The notes: generated by a model from the sequence alone, not told the origin. A stretch of 64,000 nt of DNA from an archaeon (GCA_020057405.1 JAGVFW010000013.1:1-64000), one strand, 5' to 3'; shown: positions 20,849 through 31,318, numbered from the stretch's first letter. Numbers and translations: made by a program.

Positions 20849-21586
20849 ATGAAACTGCTTTCCGCGCTAGTTTTCGCGCTTCTAGTATTTTCGGCCGTTC
20901 GCGCCTACACTGAAGTGTCGACCATAGTTGACGTGCAGGTGCAGCCCGACGGCACTGCCCGCGTCAGCGAGCGCTATTCGCTTTTCCTCCAAAGCGAGGC
21001 TGAAGTCGAGGAGTTCGAGAACTTGCGCAAGTTCGGCTCCAACACGGTTGTGAGCTGGAGGCGCTTTTTGCCAAGCATGAAATATCACTTGACGGGGGGC
21101 GTCACGCCCCTTGACACGCGAGTTAGCGCCAGGCGTCTATTTGACATCGGCGCGCGTTCTGCTGCAATCGAGCTTGACTACTATGTCCAAAACCCGATTT
21201 TCAACGCCACTCAGACGCTCGGGCGCACTACCACCTATACGCTGCTTCCTGATGCAATTGCGTTTGACCGGACTGAAAATAGGGTAACCAACCTACCGCC
21301 AACCGTAACCCTTGAGTTCGAGCTGCCTGAAAACGCGCGCGTTGAGAAGGCGACGCTCGCCCCGCCCGTCTCATCAATCAACGGCAACAACGTCATGTGG
21401 GTCGGGCCGCTTGCTGGCTCCTGGACGCTCTCATACAAGCTTGAAAAGCAACTTGGGGTCGAAGTGAGCGAGTATTTCTCAAACGCTTATGCCCAAGCCT
21501 TCCAACTCATCCCGACGTTTCTGCCAATCGCGCTCGTGCTACTGCTTGCGGCATTCGTTTACTCCAAAACCGCGCGCAAGCAATAA
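20849..21586 (+). CDS. secreted protein with C-terminal TM anchor
   Basis: Signal peptide; C-terminal TM and basic tail. Confidence 0.7.
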   Translation: MKLLSALVFALLVFSAVRAYTEVSTIVDVQVQPDGTARVSERYSLFLQSEAEVEEFENLRKFGSNTVVSWRRFLPSMKYHLTGGVTPLDTRVSARRLFDIGARSAAIELDYYVQNPIFNATQTLGRTTTYTLLPDAIAFDRTENRVTNLPPTVTLEFELPENARVEKATLAPPVSSINGNNVMWVGPLAGSWTLSYKLEKQLGVEVSEYFSNAYAQAFQLIPTFLPIALVLLLAAFVYSKTARKQ

Positions 21587-21602
21587 GGGTTGCGGAGCTA
21601 AC

Positions 21603-22772
21603 TCAGCGTTTGGCTCCCGGGTAAAGGCCTGCGAGAACTTTTTCCTCAGTTTCAGTCAGCTTGAGGAACGCGGCTTCTTCAGTGGGCAAGCCCATTAGGG
21701 CGAGCGACTCGAGTGCCTGGCGCGAAGAGCAGTGGAAAGCCTTGCCTGCCTTCCGGCCAGTTGCCTTTAGCGCTGCGCGGTTGATGCGCGCAGCCGAGAG
21801 TGCCTTGACGTAGGCGGGGAAAGCGTATTTGGTGAATTTCGCGTACTTGCGTTTTTTCGCCATTGCAACGCCTGCAATCGTGAGGGCAATCTCGTATTTC
21901 ATGAGCGAATAGTGCTGGCGCTTTATCTTGCGGGCGCGAAAGAGGCTGGCACGGGAGAGCATGTCAAAAGCCCTTGCCACGTCGTCGGCATCGTCGTACT
22001 CGGCGGGAATGTTCTCCTCAATCCAGCGGGAAAGCAGGTCGAAGTCAACTTCGCTTTCATTGCCTGCAGTCATCGCCTCGCGCACAGTCTCGGCCTTGAA
22101 AATGCGGCTGACGACGTTAAAGACGACGCGCTTTCTGTCGCGCACGCTTGAAAAACCGGCCTGAAGGTCGTTGATTGCGCTGCGCAAGTCGCCCGAAGCG
22201 GCGGCCGCCACTTCCTCGACAAGCGCTTGCGGAAGACCCTCCTTTGCGGCTATTGGAGCGAGGGCGCGCTTGATGTCGCCCGCGTTAACTGACTTGAAGT
22301 CAATGAGTTTGCAGTAAGGCCGCACGGGCGCGAGCTTTGGATTCCAGGAGTCATCTGCGACTAAAATGATTGGAGTGTTGGCTTCCTTTAGGATGCGCGA
22401 GAGTTCAGGCACTTCACCCCGGTCAAAAGCCGCGTCAACTTCGTCAAACAAAAGCAGGCGCTTGCCCCCAAAGAGCCCCGTGCTGCCGAGGCCGTAAAGC
22501 CTGGCGACGGCATCCTTGTCGCGAAGCGCGTCGGCGCCAGTCTCTACTAAAAGCCAGCCCTTCTCCGTTGCGAGGGCACGGACGCACGCGGTTTTCCCCG
22601 TGCCCGACGGGCCGGAGATAAGGAGGGGCTTTTGGGCCTTGCCGGTTTCCCACATCGCTGCCCACGTGCGCATTTCCTCGCGCGGCGCGTCGTTGCCAGC
22701 GCACTCGGCAAGCGATTTTGGAGCGTACTTTGTTAGGAAAAGAGCGTCAGTCGTCAAATCTTTCACACCCAC
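21603..22772 (-). CDS. rfcL: replication factor C large subunit
   Basis: KYAPKSL, GPSGTGKT, FDEVD, GDLRSAINDL, WIEENIP. Confidence 0.9.
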   Translation of the reverse strand: MGVKDLTTDALFLTKYAPKSLAECAGNDAPREEMRTWAAMWETGKAQKPLLISGPSGTGKTACVRALATEKGWLLVETGADALRDKDAVARLYGLGSTGLFGGKRLLLFDEVDAAFDRGEVPELSRILKEANTPIILVADDSWNPKLAPVRPYCKLIDFKSVNAGDIKRALAPIAAKEGLPQALVEEVAAAASGDLRSAINDLQAGFSSVRDRKRVVFNVVSRIFKAETVREAMTAGNESEVDFDLLSRWIEENIPAEYDDADDVARAFDMLSRASLFRARKIKRQHYSLMKYEIALTIAGVAMAKKRKYAKFTKYAFPAYVKALSAARINRAALKATGRKAGKAFHCSSRQALESLALMGLPTEEAAFLKLTETEEKVLAGLYPGAKR

Positions 22773-22807
22773 TCGTGTCTTAAACCATTTCCTTCCCCAA
22801 CCTTATT

Positions 22808-23968
22808 ATGTTCATCGCGCTTATCGGGGCGCCCAACAAGGGCAAGTCGACGCTGTTTAACGCCCTCACCCACGGTGCGGCGGTAGTCGCGGACTACCCG
22901 TTCACCACAATCGACCCCAACAAGGGAGTTGCATTCGTAAACGCGCCTTGTCCTCACGCCGAGCTTGGCATCCAGTGCAAGCCCCGCCACGGCAGTTGCG
23001 TTAACGGCGTGCGCCGCATTCCAGTAAACGTCGTTGACGTCGCGGGCCTGGTGCCAGGCGCTGCCGAAGGCAAGGGAAGGGGCAACGAATTCCTAAACGA
23101 CTTGGCGGCGGCTGACGCTTTAGTGTGCGTCATCGACGCTGCCGGCAGGACTGACGACCAGGGAATGCCTGCCCCTGCAGGCTATGACGTTACCCGCGAT
23201 TTTTCATTCATCCAAGGCGAGCTTGACAAGTGGATGTCGAAAGTCGTTGAGAAAAACGCGATGAAGGCAAAGGGCAAAAAGCCCGCTGACTTCGCGCAAT
23301 ACTTAAGCGGCCTGGGCCTGCCTCCTGGCCGCATCCTCGATGAAGTGAAAAAGGCGGGACTGCCGGACAACATCATGTCTTGGAAGCTCCCCGAATCGGG
23401 AGCAGTGCTTGCGCAGCGGCTGCGAAAACCCATCGCAATTGCCGCAAACAAGATGGATGTAGAAGGCGCAAGGGCGAACTTTGAGAAAATCAAGGCGGCC
23501 TTCCCCACCACGCGCGCTTTTGCCTGCAGCGCGGATGTCGAACTTGCCCTCTTGCGCGCGACTGAAAAAGGTTTTGTGAAGTACGACGGCAGGCACGTCG
23601 AGGCACTTGAAACGGCCAAGGCCAATCCTGCAATCGCGAGCGCCGTTGGCCGGCTGTCTGCCTTTGTCGAGGGCAACAATGGCACGGGCGTACAGGCGCT
23701 GATTGACAGCGTGGCATTTGACTTGCTAAATTGCATCGTCGTTTATCCCGTCGAGGACGAGAAACGCTATTCCGACCACTACGGGAACGTGCTGCCTGAC
23801 GCGATTCTTCTCCCGCAGGGAAGCACGCCGCTTGACTTGGCCGGCAAGATTCACACTGACTTGGCAGAGGGCTTTCTGCACGCAGTCAACTGCCGGGTCA
23901 AAATGCGCATAGGCAAGGACGAGCCTCTCAAAAACGGCGACATCATCAAGATAGTGTCAAGCAACTAG
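22808..23968 (+). CDS. Obg-family YchF-like GTPase/ATPase with TGS domain
   Basis: GAPNKGKS, YPFTTIDPN, DVAGLV, ANKMD, KIHTD. Confidence 0.9.
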   Translation: MFIALIGAPNKGKSTLFNALTHGAAVVADYPFTTIDPNKGVAFVNAPCPHAELGIQCKPRHGSCVNGVRRIPVNVVDVAGLVPGAAEGKGRGNEFLNDLAAADALVCVIDAAGRTDDQGMPAPAGYDVTRDFSFIQGELDKWMSKVVEKNAMKAKGKKPADFAQYLSGLGLPPGRILDEVKKAGLPDNIMSWKLPESGAVLAQRLRKPIAIAANKMDVEGARANFEKIKAAFPTTRAFACSADVELALLRATEKGFVKYDGRHVEALETAKANPAIASAVGRLSAFVEGNNGTGVQALIDSVAFDLLNCIVVYPVEDEKRYSDHYGNVLPDAILLPQGSTPLDLAGKIHTDLAEGFLHAVNCRVKMRIGKDEPLKNGDIIKIVSSN

Positions 23969-25042
23969 TTTGACGAGCCGGCTGCCGTCCACCTGGGTCT
24001 TCGATTCGACTAGCTTCTTTTCTTCCAAGTTGCTAAGGTAGTTGCGCACGCTTCGCTCGCTGCCGAGGGCCTTTTTCTCAAAAAGCGCGTAAATTTCCGC
24101 CGAGGTTAGGGAACCACCCGCGGCTTTTAGCATTTCAACAACTGCTCCCTCGCCTGCGGAAAGCAGTTCCTCGTCTCGCGAGCGCTTTTGTTCCGCGCTG
24201 GAACCGGTTTTGGAGAACGCGGCGCGCGCGTCATCCAGTGATACGGCCTTTGCAACCCGACTCGACGCGTTTTTGCCGGCCAGCCAAAGCGCGTGGAGGG
24301 CAACGCGGGCGTCACCGCCGGCTTTTGCACCGTGGGCGGCGCAAAGCGCAATCACTTCCTCGCCGCAGGCACCCGGAACGAAGGCCAATGCGGCGCGCTC
24401 GGCGAGTATTTTCTTCAAGTCTGAGGGCGAATAGGCCTTGAATTCGGTTTCTTTTGGTGAAAGTGACGAGCGCACGCGGCCGTCGGTGCGGGAAAGCATT
24501 CCCGAGTCGTTGGTAACCATCACGATTGAAAAGTGCACGCCGAACATTTCAGCAGCGCGGCTAAAGTCGTAGAGCACTGCGTGCTCGCTGCCGATGAAGA
24601 GCCGGTCCGCCTCGTCTAAAACGACGACGGGCACGCGTTTTTCGTACTTTAGCCTCTGGCAAACTCTCGAGAAAACTTCGTCAGCGGCCAAGCCGCGTCG
24701 TGGCAGCGGCTCGCCTACCTCTTGGGCAAGCTGGGCAAGCACACCCTGGCGAGTCGCGTGCTGCCAGCAGTTTACGTAAACGCAAAGGGGCTTGCCGCTA
24801 AATTCCTGTAGCTGCTTTAGCACGTGGCGGCACACGCTTGTCTTGCCGGTTCCCGGCGGGCCGTGGATGAAGAGGTTGGAAGCTCTGCCGCCTCGGGCTG
24901 CTGGTTCGAGTGCCGAGGCAAGCTCGCGTTCCTCATTCTCCCTTCCCGGCAGCCGGTCTGGCAAAAACTCTGGGGAAAGGAGGTCCTCGTCCTTGAAAAT
25001 GCCTTTGCCTGAGGAAACTTCGCGGAAAACGTTTGAAGCCAT
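23957..25042 (-). CDS. cdc6: Orc1/Cdc6 replication initiator
   Basis: [28 protein letters not shown]-terminal wHTH. Confidence 0.9.
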   Translation of the reverse strand: MASNVFREVSSGKGIFKDEDLLSPEFLPDRLPGRENEERELASALEPAARGGRASNLFIHGPPGTGKTSVCRHVLKQLQEFSGKPLCVYVNCWQHATRQGVLAQLAQEVGEPLPRRGLAADEVFSRVCQRLKYEKRVPVVVLDEADRLFIGSEHAVLYDFSRAAEMFGVHFSIVMVTNDSGMLSRTDGRVRSSLSPKETEFKAYSPSDLKKILAERAALAFVPGACGEEVIALCAAHGAKAGGDARVALHALWLAGKNASSRVAKAVSLDDARAAFSKTGSSAEQKRSRDEELLSAGEGAVVEMLKAAGGSLTSAEIYALFEKKALGSERSVRNYLSNLEEKKLVESKTQVDGSRLVKLVA

Positions 25043-25168
25043 TTGCGGCACTAGTAGGCGGGCGGGGCTATTTATTGATGCAAGTGGCTTGCCGGCCTTT
25101 GCTAAGCGCGGGCGAGAGAGAGCGCCACCTTAAGCCGCAGTTTTATATGAGGAAGTTCGAATTGTTGC

Positions 25169-25540
25169 ATGGAACGCATGGCACTCAAGTCTTCGCGCAA
25201 ACACTTCAATAGCTACGTCAACGCTAATCGCGAGTCAATATTGTCCTTGCTTGAAATGGTTCGAAGCGACCCCGCGCACAAGAACCTTGTCGAAAGCAAT
25301 CGCTCCATTCAACACGCCATCGGACGGCTGGAAACCATTCACGACTGGCTGGGCTACGCCATCAGCACGCGCTCAACAAACAAGCCCGAAGGCCTGCAAG
25401 AATTTGAAAAACTAATTGGAGCAGGTTCCTCAAAAACTGGGGAGAGCAAAAAGACGTTTGGGCTGGTTTCAATACTTTTGCAAGAGTCCCAAGTGCACCA
25501 GGCTACCTTGCGCGCCTTGTTCCAATCGTCAGGGCAATAG
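25169..25540 (+). CDS. hypothetical protein
   Basis: 123-aa ORF with TATA-like TTTTATA upstream. Confidence 0.5.
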   Translation: MERMALKSSRKHFNSYVNANRESILSLLEMVRSDPAHKNLVESNRSIQHAIGRLETIHDWLGYAISTRSTNKPEGLQEFEKLIGAGSSKTGESKKTFGLVSILLQESQVHQATLRALFQSSGQ

Positions 25541-25611
25541 CCCGACGCCCGTTTTTAAGAGACCCTCGTCTTGCGCCAACTTATTTATTGGCGGCCAGCG
25601 CCACTCATTGC

Positions 25612-26451
25612 ATGAAAGCAGTTCTTTCCCTCATCCGGCCGGAATTCCCGGCAATGACGTTTGCGGGCGTGCTATTTGGCGCGGCTGTTGCGACGAAAAG
25701 CTTCGCGCCTGCCTTCGCCCTAGCCGCAATCGGGCCCGCCCTGATTACGGCGGGAAGTTTTGCGCTAAACGACTACTTTGACGTTGCGAGCGACCGGAAG
25801 CTCGGCCGAAAAGACAGGCCGCTAGTTAGCGGTGCAATGCATCCGGCACAAGTGCTTATTGCCGGTGCGGCGATGATGCTGGCCGGCCTGGGCCTTTCGT
25901 ATTACTTTAGTGGCGCCCTCGCCTTCGCAATCGCCTTTGTTTTCGGCGTGCTCGCGCTTGCCTACAACGCTTGGCTGAAAAAAACGCTGGTGGTCGGAAA
26001 CGTGGCAGTGTCGACCACCTACGCCATTCCCTTCATCTACGGCAATATCATCGCCGCGGGCAACCTTGGCGAACTCAACCAATTCGTCCTGCTTTTCGCC
26101 GCAGTCGCGTTTCTTGCCGGCCTTGGAAGGGAGTTTCTCAATAGCATCAAGGACATGGCGGGCGACAAGAAGTTGGGTGCCCTGTCGTTGCCGATGTTTG
26201 TAGGCGCGCGGCCGGTAATCGCAATTGCGGCAGTACTTTTCGCAGCGGCGATTTTCCTTAGCCTGATTCCAATGGCAAGCGGCATTCAACTGCCTTACTT
26301 GGCCCTAGTGGGGGCGTGCGATTTGCTTTTGCTAAAGAGCGCCTACTCGGCGTGGAACGACTATTCGTACGAAAATTTGGCGAAAGTCAGGAAGTGGACG
26401 ATTTACGCACTCGTTCTTGGAGTAATTGGCTTTGCGACTCTCGCACTCTAA
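25612..26451 (+). CDS. UbiA-family prenyltransferase (DGGGP synthase-like)
   Basis: LIRP, NDYFDVASD, RPLVSG, YNAWLK, GREFLNSIKDMAGD. Confidence 0.85.
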   Translation: MKAVLSLIRPEFPAMTFAGVLFGAAVATKSFAPAFALAAIGPALITAGSFALNDYFDVASDRKLGRKDRPLVSGAMHPAQVLIAGAAMMLAGLGLSYYFSGALAFAIAFVFGVLALAYNAWLKKTLVVGNVAVSTTYAIPFIYGNIIAAGNLGELNQFVLLFAAVAFLAGLGREFLNSIKDMAGDKKLGALSLPMFVGARPVIAIAAVLFAAAIFLSLIPMASGIQLPYLALVGACDLLLLKSAYSAWNDYSYENLAKVRKWTIYALVLGVIGFATLAL

Positions 26452-26828
26452 GTAATTTGGTCTAGCGTCATTCCGGCCTCAAGGTCGCCGGTTAGAAGCG
26501 CGTAGCTTTTTTCAGTTTCCCGCAGGGCCTGCAGGGGGTAGAAGCGCCACTGCTGTCGGTGCGCCTTCCACGCAACGTAAGTCTGCAAGTTGGTCGCCTG
26601 CTCCCACTCGAGCATTTGCTTGAAGCGGTCTTTTGGAATGTAGACCGAGTCCTTCCAGGCCTTGCATTCTAGTGCGAAGCGCTTTGTCTTGCCAAGCGCG
26701 ATTAAGTCCGGCGTGTCGCCGGCAACCCCGCTGCCGGCGGCGCGGATGACCTTGAATCCAAGCACTTCAAGGCGCTTTTGCAGCTCGCGCTCGAAATGGC
26801 TTCCCTTCACGTAACGCCAGGCGGGCAT
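26448..26828 (-). CDS. hjc: Holliday junction resolvase Hjc
   Basis: KGSHFERE, VIRAAGSG, PDLIA, LECK. Confidence 0.9.
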   Translation of the reverse strand: MPAWRYVKGSHFERELQKRLEVLGFKVIRAAGSGVAGDTPDLIALGKTKRFALECKAWKDSVYIPKDRFKQMLEWEQATNLQTYVAWKAHRQQWRFYPLQALRETEKSYALLTGDLEAGMTLDQIT

Positions 26829-26862
26829 GCAAGTGTGTAGGAAAAGGCTAAGTAATAAACGC

Positions 26863-27288
26863 TTAGAGCTTGCGTGCGCGCTCCAATGCCGCAATGGCTG
26901 CGTAAGCGCGAAGATACGTGTCATGACCCAGCTGATTTCGGTGGGCGAAGAGCAGTTCCTGCAAGTCATTTAGCAACAGTTCGCGGTTAGCTGCGGGCAC
27001 GGTGCCGTGCAATAGCCCGGCCGAAGTGCGAATCGATTCAGTACCCTGCCTGAATGCGAAATCGTAAAATTTCGCGTTTCCGGGCGAAGCGGCGTTGTTC
27101 AAAACGAGTTGGTCGTGTACGCTGGCAACGTTGCAAACGCCGTAAGCAAATTCAAGTGCCGCCTGCTTTCGCGCCTTGCCGGTGGCTGGAACGCTTGCAG
27201 CGCGCTTGCGCAAAACATCTATCGCGGCTTTGGGAAGCTCCAAACCGTGCCATGCGGGCATATCAAACAATTCAGGTTGAGGCGCCAA
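26863..27288 (-). CDS. hypothetical protein
   Basis: ORF co-oriented with hjc; start uncertain. Confidence 0.45.
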   Translation of the reverse strand: MAPQPELFDMPAWHGLELPKAAIDVLRKRAASVPATGKARKQAALEFAYGVCNVASVHDQLVLNNAASPGNAKFYDFAFRQGTESIRTSAGLLHGTVPAANRELLLNDLQELLFAHRNQLGHDTYLRAYAAIAALERARKL

Positions 27289-27371
27289 TTAACGCCTTCG
27301 CTTCGGCCATTGCCGTAATGGAGTTCGACGATGCTCAAAAGCCTTTTATATTTGCGGCGGCATAATTGTTC

Positions 27372-27791
27372 ATGCGAACAGGAATCAAGGTAGGAGACTG
27401 CATGAAAACAACGCTTGTAGCAATAGGTGCTGGCGCCTCGATTTACGAGGCTGCCGAGCTGATGAAACGCGAGAGGGTAGGAAGCCTTCTTGTCGAGGAC
27501 GGCAACGGCGACCTTAGCTCCATTGTTACCGACACGGACATCGTAGACAAGTGTGTTGCTACGCGCAACATGGACGTGACGGTAGGCTCAATCGCAAACA
27601 GCCCCCTCGTGGCAATTGACTTCGAGGCGGACTTAAGCGAGGCGGCTACGCTGATGGGGAAAAAGGGCGTCAAGCGCATCGTAGTTACAAAGGACGGCAG
27701 GCCCGCGGGCATGGTGTCGATGACCGACATCATCAGCCTCTCTCCTTCTTCGTATGAACTGGTCGCAGGCAAGGTAAGGGGCAGCCACTAG
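27372..27791 (+). CDS. CBS-domain pair protein
   Basis: VGDCM...EAAELM...VGSLLV...IVTDTDI, followed by a second CBS repeat. Confidence 0.9.
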   Translation: MRTGIKVGDCMKTTLVAIGAGASIYEAAELMKRERVGSLLVEDGNGDLSSIVTDTDIVDKCVATRNMDVTVGSIANSPLVAIDFEADLSEAATLMGKKGVKRIVVTKDGRPAGMVSMTDIISLSPSSYELVAGKVRGSH

Positions 27792-27857
27792 GCAGTGGCG
27801 CATACTGAGCAAACCGGCCGGAAACGTTGTTTCCGCCCCCTAGCGAGAGAAAGGTTC

Positions 27858-28232
27858 ATGGAAACGCAGGAAAAGCGAAAACTGCTCTCCAAAATCCGCC
27901 TCATGCTGGAAAAAGAAGCAGTGTTAGTGGAGGGAAAAAAAGACGTTTCTGCGCTGGCAACCGCCGGCTTTACCGTGCCCCGCATAATCGCGGTGCAGGG
28001 AACAAAGCCCGAACGGATTGTTGGCAAATTGGAGCTTGACGGCACTGGCGTGCTACTGCTCTTTGACTTTGACGACGAAGGAAAACGGAAAGAGGCCGCG
28101 TACGAGGCGATTCTCGCATCGTATGGCATCCCGGTTGATCGACCGGGACGAAAGGCCTTCCGCGCGCTTTTCCGCGTACGCACGGTCGAAGACCTCCCGC
28201 ACGCCATGGCGGAGCTCAGAAAAGAGGGTTGA
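27858..28232 (+). CDS. small Toprim-domain protein
   Basis: VLVEGKKD and LFDFDDEG Toprim motifs; upstream of dnaG. Confidence 0.85.
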   Translation: METQEKRKLLSKIRLMLEKEAVLVEGKKDVSALATAGFTVPRIIAVQGTKPERIVGKLELDGTGVLLLFDFDDEGKRKEAAYEAILASYGIPVDRPGRKAFRALFRVRTVEDLPHAMAELRKEG

Positions 28233-28237
28233 TTGAC

Positions 28238-29647
28238 ATGGGTAAGACTTATGTGGACATAGTAAAATATCAAATTCGCGCCTCGCTTGAAGTCAATGGC
28301 ATCGTAGAGAAGCCAGACATTGTTGGTGCAATCTTCGGCCAGACCGAAGGCCTTCTAGGCGACGACCTCGACTTGAGGGAACTGCAGAAGAGCGGACGCA
28401 TCGGGCGCATCGAAGTCGAGACGCAAGTGCGCGGCGGAAAGTGCGTAGGCACGGTAATCATCCCCTCCAGCCTTGACATGGTCGAGACGAGCATTCTCGC
28501 GGCTGCCCTTGAAATCGTCGACAGGGTCGGCCCTTGCGACGCTCGCATCAAGACCGAACGCATTGAAGACACGCGAAACCTCAAGCGCAAGCAAGTCTTG
28601 GGCAGGGCGCGCGAACTGCTAAAGACCATGCTGATGAGCGAAATTCCCGAAAGCAAGGAGCTCTCCGAGATGGTGCGCGATGACGTCAAAGTCGCCGAAA
28701 TCGTCAACTACGGCCCCGACAACCTGCCTGCAGGACCTGCAATCGACTCGAGCCCCGACATCATCGTCGTCGAGGGCCGTGCCGACGTGCTAAACTTGCT
28801 CAAAAACGGCATGAAGAACGCAATCGCCATCGGCGGTGCCAATGTCGGCAAGGGAATTGCTGACCTCTGCCGCAAGAAGGAAGTCACGCTCTTCCTTGAC
28901 GGCGACCGCGGCGGTGACATCATCCTAAAGGAGATGGTGAACGCCACCGAAGTCGAGTTCGTTGCCCGTGCTCCAATCGGCCACGAGGTCGAGGAACTTG
29001 CTCGCAAGGAAATCATCCAGTGCCTGCGTAGGCGCATCCCCACCGAACAGGCGCTCTCCGAGGCAGCTAGCGGCACGGGCCAGCGTGGCGGAGACCGCGG
29101 ACGCGAGCCCGAACGCAGCAGCCCTACTAGGCCTGAGCTTAACCGCGGTCGTGACGACCGTGGCAGCGGAAGGTCTGGCGGCTTTGAGCGCGGCGGACGC
29201 GACGACCGTGGCGGCCGGCCCGGATTCGATAGGGGCAGGCCAAGCTACGACGGGCCACGCGACTCAAGCCCGGCGCAAGCGCCCTCGGCTCCGATGATGC
29301 AAGCGCCAGAGCCAATGCAGTCGGCCCCCGCTCCAGTGCAGGAGCCCCTCCCGCCGGTTCCCGCTGAAGTCGCAGAGCCCCTGCGTGCTTCGCTTAAGGA
29401 ACTGAGCGGCTCGCTAAAGGCGCGCGTCTTTGATGTCGCAATGACTGTGACGCAGGAAGTGCCTGTGCGCGAAGTGGTGCTTGAAGTGGGCAAGATGGAT
29501 AACGTGCACGCTGTTGCCCTCGACGGCATCGTCACGCAGCGCCTGCTTGACCTGGCCGAGACAAAAGCCATCAAGTACGTCGCCGGCATCCGCCTTGGCA
29601 ACGTCACGCGAAGGCCCGAAGGCATCGGAATAGTTCTCGCTGCTTAA
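28238..29647 (+). CDS. dnaG: archaeal DnaG-type protein (exosome-associated)
   Basis: DIVGAIFGQTEGLLG, VVEGRADV, DGDRGG; contains an RGG/Pro-rich insert. Confidence 0.95.
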   Translation: MGKTYVDIVKYQIRASLEVNGIVEKPDIVGAIFGQTEGLLGDDLDLRELQKSGRIGRIEVETQVRGGKCVGTVIIPSSLDMVETSILAAALEIVDRVGPCDARIKTERIEDTRNLKRKQVLGRARELLKTMLMSEIPESKELSEMVRDDVKVAEIVNYGPDNLPAGPAIDSSPDIIVVEGRADVLNLLKNGMKNAIAIGGANVGKGIADLCRKKEVTLFLDGDRGGDIILKEMVNATEVEFVARAPIGHEVEELARKEIIQCLRRRIPTEQALSEAASGTGQRGGDRGREPERSSPTRPELNRGRDDRGSGRSGGFERGGRDDRGGRPGFDRGRPSYDGPRDSSPAQAPSAPMMQAPEPMQSAPAPVQEPLPPVPAEVAEPLRASLKELSGSLKARVFDVAMTVTQEVPVREVVLEVGKMDNVHAVALDGIVTQRLLDLAETKAIKYVAGIRLGNVTRRPEGIGIVLAA

Positions 29648-29657
29648 TTTTGAGCAA

Positions 29658-29686
29658 CGCGCCGTAAACGGCGCGGGCATTTTTTT
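29658..29686 (+). terminator. hairpin plus T-tract after dnaG
   Basis: CGCGCCG-TAAA-CGGCGCG then T7. Confidence 0.55.
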
Positions 29687-29770
29687 ACAATCCCTTAGCC
29701 GGAGGCATGACTCGTGCAGCTGGCTTTTTCCCACATCATTTATTACCCTTAACTGCGCTAAGCCCTAATC

Positions 29771-31312
29771 GTGGAGGAGGAAGCGGCGCCCGCCCAGGAG
29801 TTTGTCTTTTCGCACAAAGCGAGCGACAAGCAAATCAAAAAACGCGTGAGCCTGCATGAGCTCATGGCGGCATACGAGTCGGCCCAGACTACGGCAGACA
29901 TCCCGATTCCAAGAAACCCGCTTGACCAAATTATCGGCCAAGACGAGGCGGTTCGAACGGCTGCGATTGCGGCAAAACAGCGCCGTCACCTGCTTTTAGT
30001 CGCTCCGCCAGGGACCGGCAAGTCATTGATTGCACAGGCAATCAGCCTGCAGCTGCCAAAACCAATGCAGCAGATAGAAATAATCCACAATCCCGAAAAC
30101 CCGGAGCGGCCCATCGCGGAATCACGGACGCATGAAGAGATTGAGAAAGACAAGCGCAGCCTTAGGGAAGTGCAGGGCAAGACCGTAAACCCGCAGGAAG
30201 TGCCGGGGTTCGTCGCCGAGCGCCTGGGCTTCCGCTGCCGCCGCTGCGCAACTTACTCGCCGGCCCGCACTCAGTACTGTCCCAGCTGCAATTCAGACAA
30301 GTACGCCCGCGAGCAAATGCAGTCGCCCTTCGGCGACCTTCTCGCACCCTACTTTGAGGAAAACGAAAGGCAAGATAGGGTGCACACGACCAAGCTTGAC
30401 CCCGGAGGCAGGGAGGAAGTAGTTGTTTACGAACGGTCGGGAGAGCAGGTGCTCGTGCTCGACCAAAAGTACCTCGAGCGCCTCAACACCTTGAAAAAAC
30501 AGAATCCCCGCAGGATACTGGTGCCGTTTAACCGCAAGACTTTCGTCGTCGCAACTGGCGCAAGCGAGACTGAATTGCTTGGCGACGTTCGCCACGACCC
30601 CTACGGCGGGCACCCTGGCATCGGCACGCTACCGTACCTGCGCGTCGTGCCGGGGGCAGTGCACGAGGCGCATGAGGGCGTCCTCTTCATCGACGAGATT
30701 TCGGCACTCGCCTACATCCAACGCTTTTTGCTTACTGCAATGCAAGAAAAGAAGTACTCGATTGTCGGAAGGAACCCGCACAGCGCGGGCGCGTCTGTGA
30801 AAGTCGAGAGCGTGCCGTGCGACTTCATCCTCATCGCCGCAAGCAACATCAACGACTTGCCAAGCATCCTCCCGCCCCTGCGTTCCCGCATCATCGGAAA
30901 CGGCTACGAGGTACTGCTTGAAACGCACGCGCCGGACACTCTTGAAAACCGCGCGAAGTTCGCGCAGTTCGTCGCACAGGAAATCAAAAAAGACGGCAAA
31001 ATCCCGCACGCTTCCCGCGAGGCAATCGAGGCCATCATCGATGAGGCGAAAAGGCGAGCGAAAACAGTTGACGGAATCGACGGTGCCCTCACACTCCGCC
31101 TGCGCGAGCTCTCCGGCATCATCCGCCTCTCAGGCGACATCGCAAGCGCCCAAGGCGCACCCCTCATTGAAAAGGCTTTTGTCGAACTGGCCCGCACCAA
31201 GCGCGGCCGAAGGATTGAAGAGCAGCTAAAGGACCGCTACGGCTCGATGTACAAAGCCCAGATGGGCGACGTCGGAAAAGACAGCGAGCGCGAAGGACAG
31301 GAAGTAAGCTGA
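29771..31312 (+). CDS. LonB-like AAA+ ATPase with Zn-ribbon insert, lacking the protease domain
   Basis: DQIIGQDEA, PPGTGKS, LLGDVRHDPYGG, GVLFIDE, PLRSRI, LTLRLRELSG; ends before the S16 domain. Confidence 0.85.
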   Translation: MEEEAAPAQEFVFSHKASDKQIKKRVSLHELMAAYESAQTTADIPIPRNPLDQIIGQDEAVRTAAIAAKQRRHLLLVAPPGTGKSLIAQAISLQLPKPMQQIEIIHNPENPERPIAESRTHEEIEKDKRSLREVQGKTVNPQEVPGFVAERLGFRCRRCATYSPARTQYCPSCNSDKYAREQMQSPFGDLLAPYFEENERQDRVHTTKLDPGGREEVVVYERSGEQVLVLDQKYLERLNTLKKQNPRRILVPFNRKTFVVATGASETELLGDVRHDPYGGHPGIGTLPYLRVVPGAVHEAHEGVLFIDEISALAYIQRFLLTAMQEKKYSIVGRNPHSAGASVKVESVPCDFILIAASNINDLPSILPPLRSRIIGNGYEVLLETHAPDTLENRAKFAQFVAQEIKKDGKIPHASREAIEAIIDEAKRRAKTVDGIDGALTLRLRELSGIIRLSGDIASAQGAPLIEKAFVELARTKRGRRIEEQLKDRYGSMYKAQMGDVGKDSEREGQEVS

Positions 31313-31318
31313 TGCGCA

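Noticed and set aside
25043-25168. Replication origin next to cdc6
   Set aside because: Short intergenic region with no recognisable repeated ORB elements or extended AT-rich unwinding element
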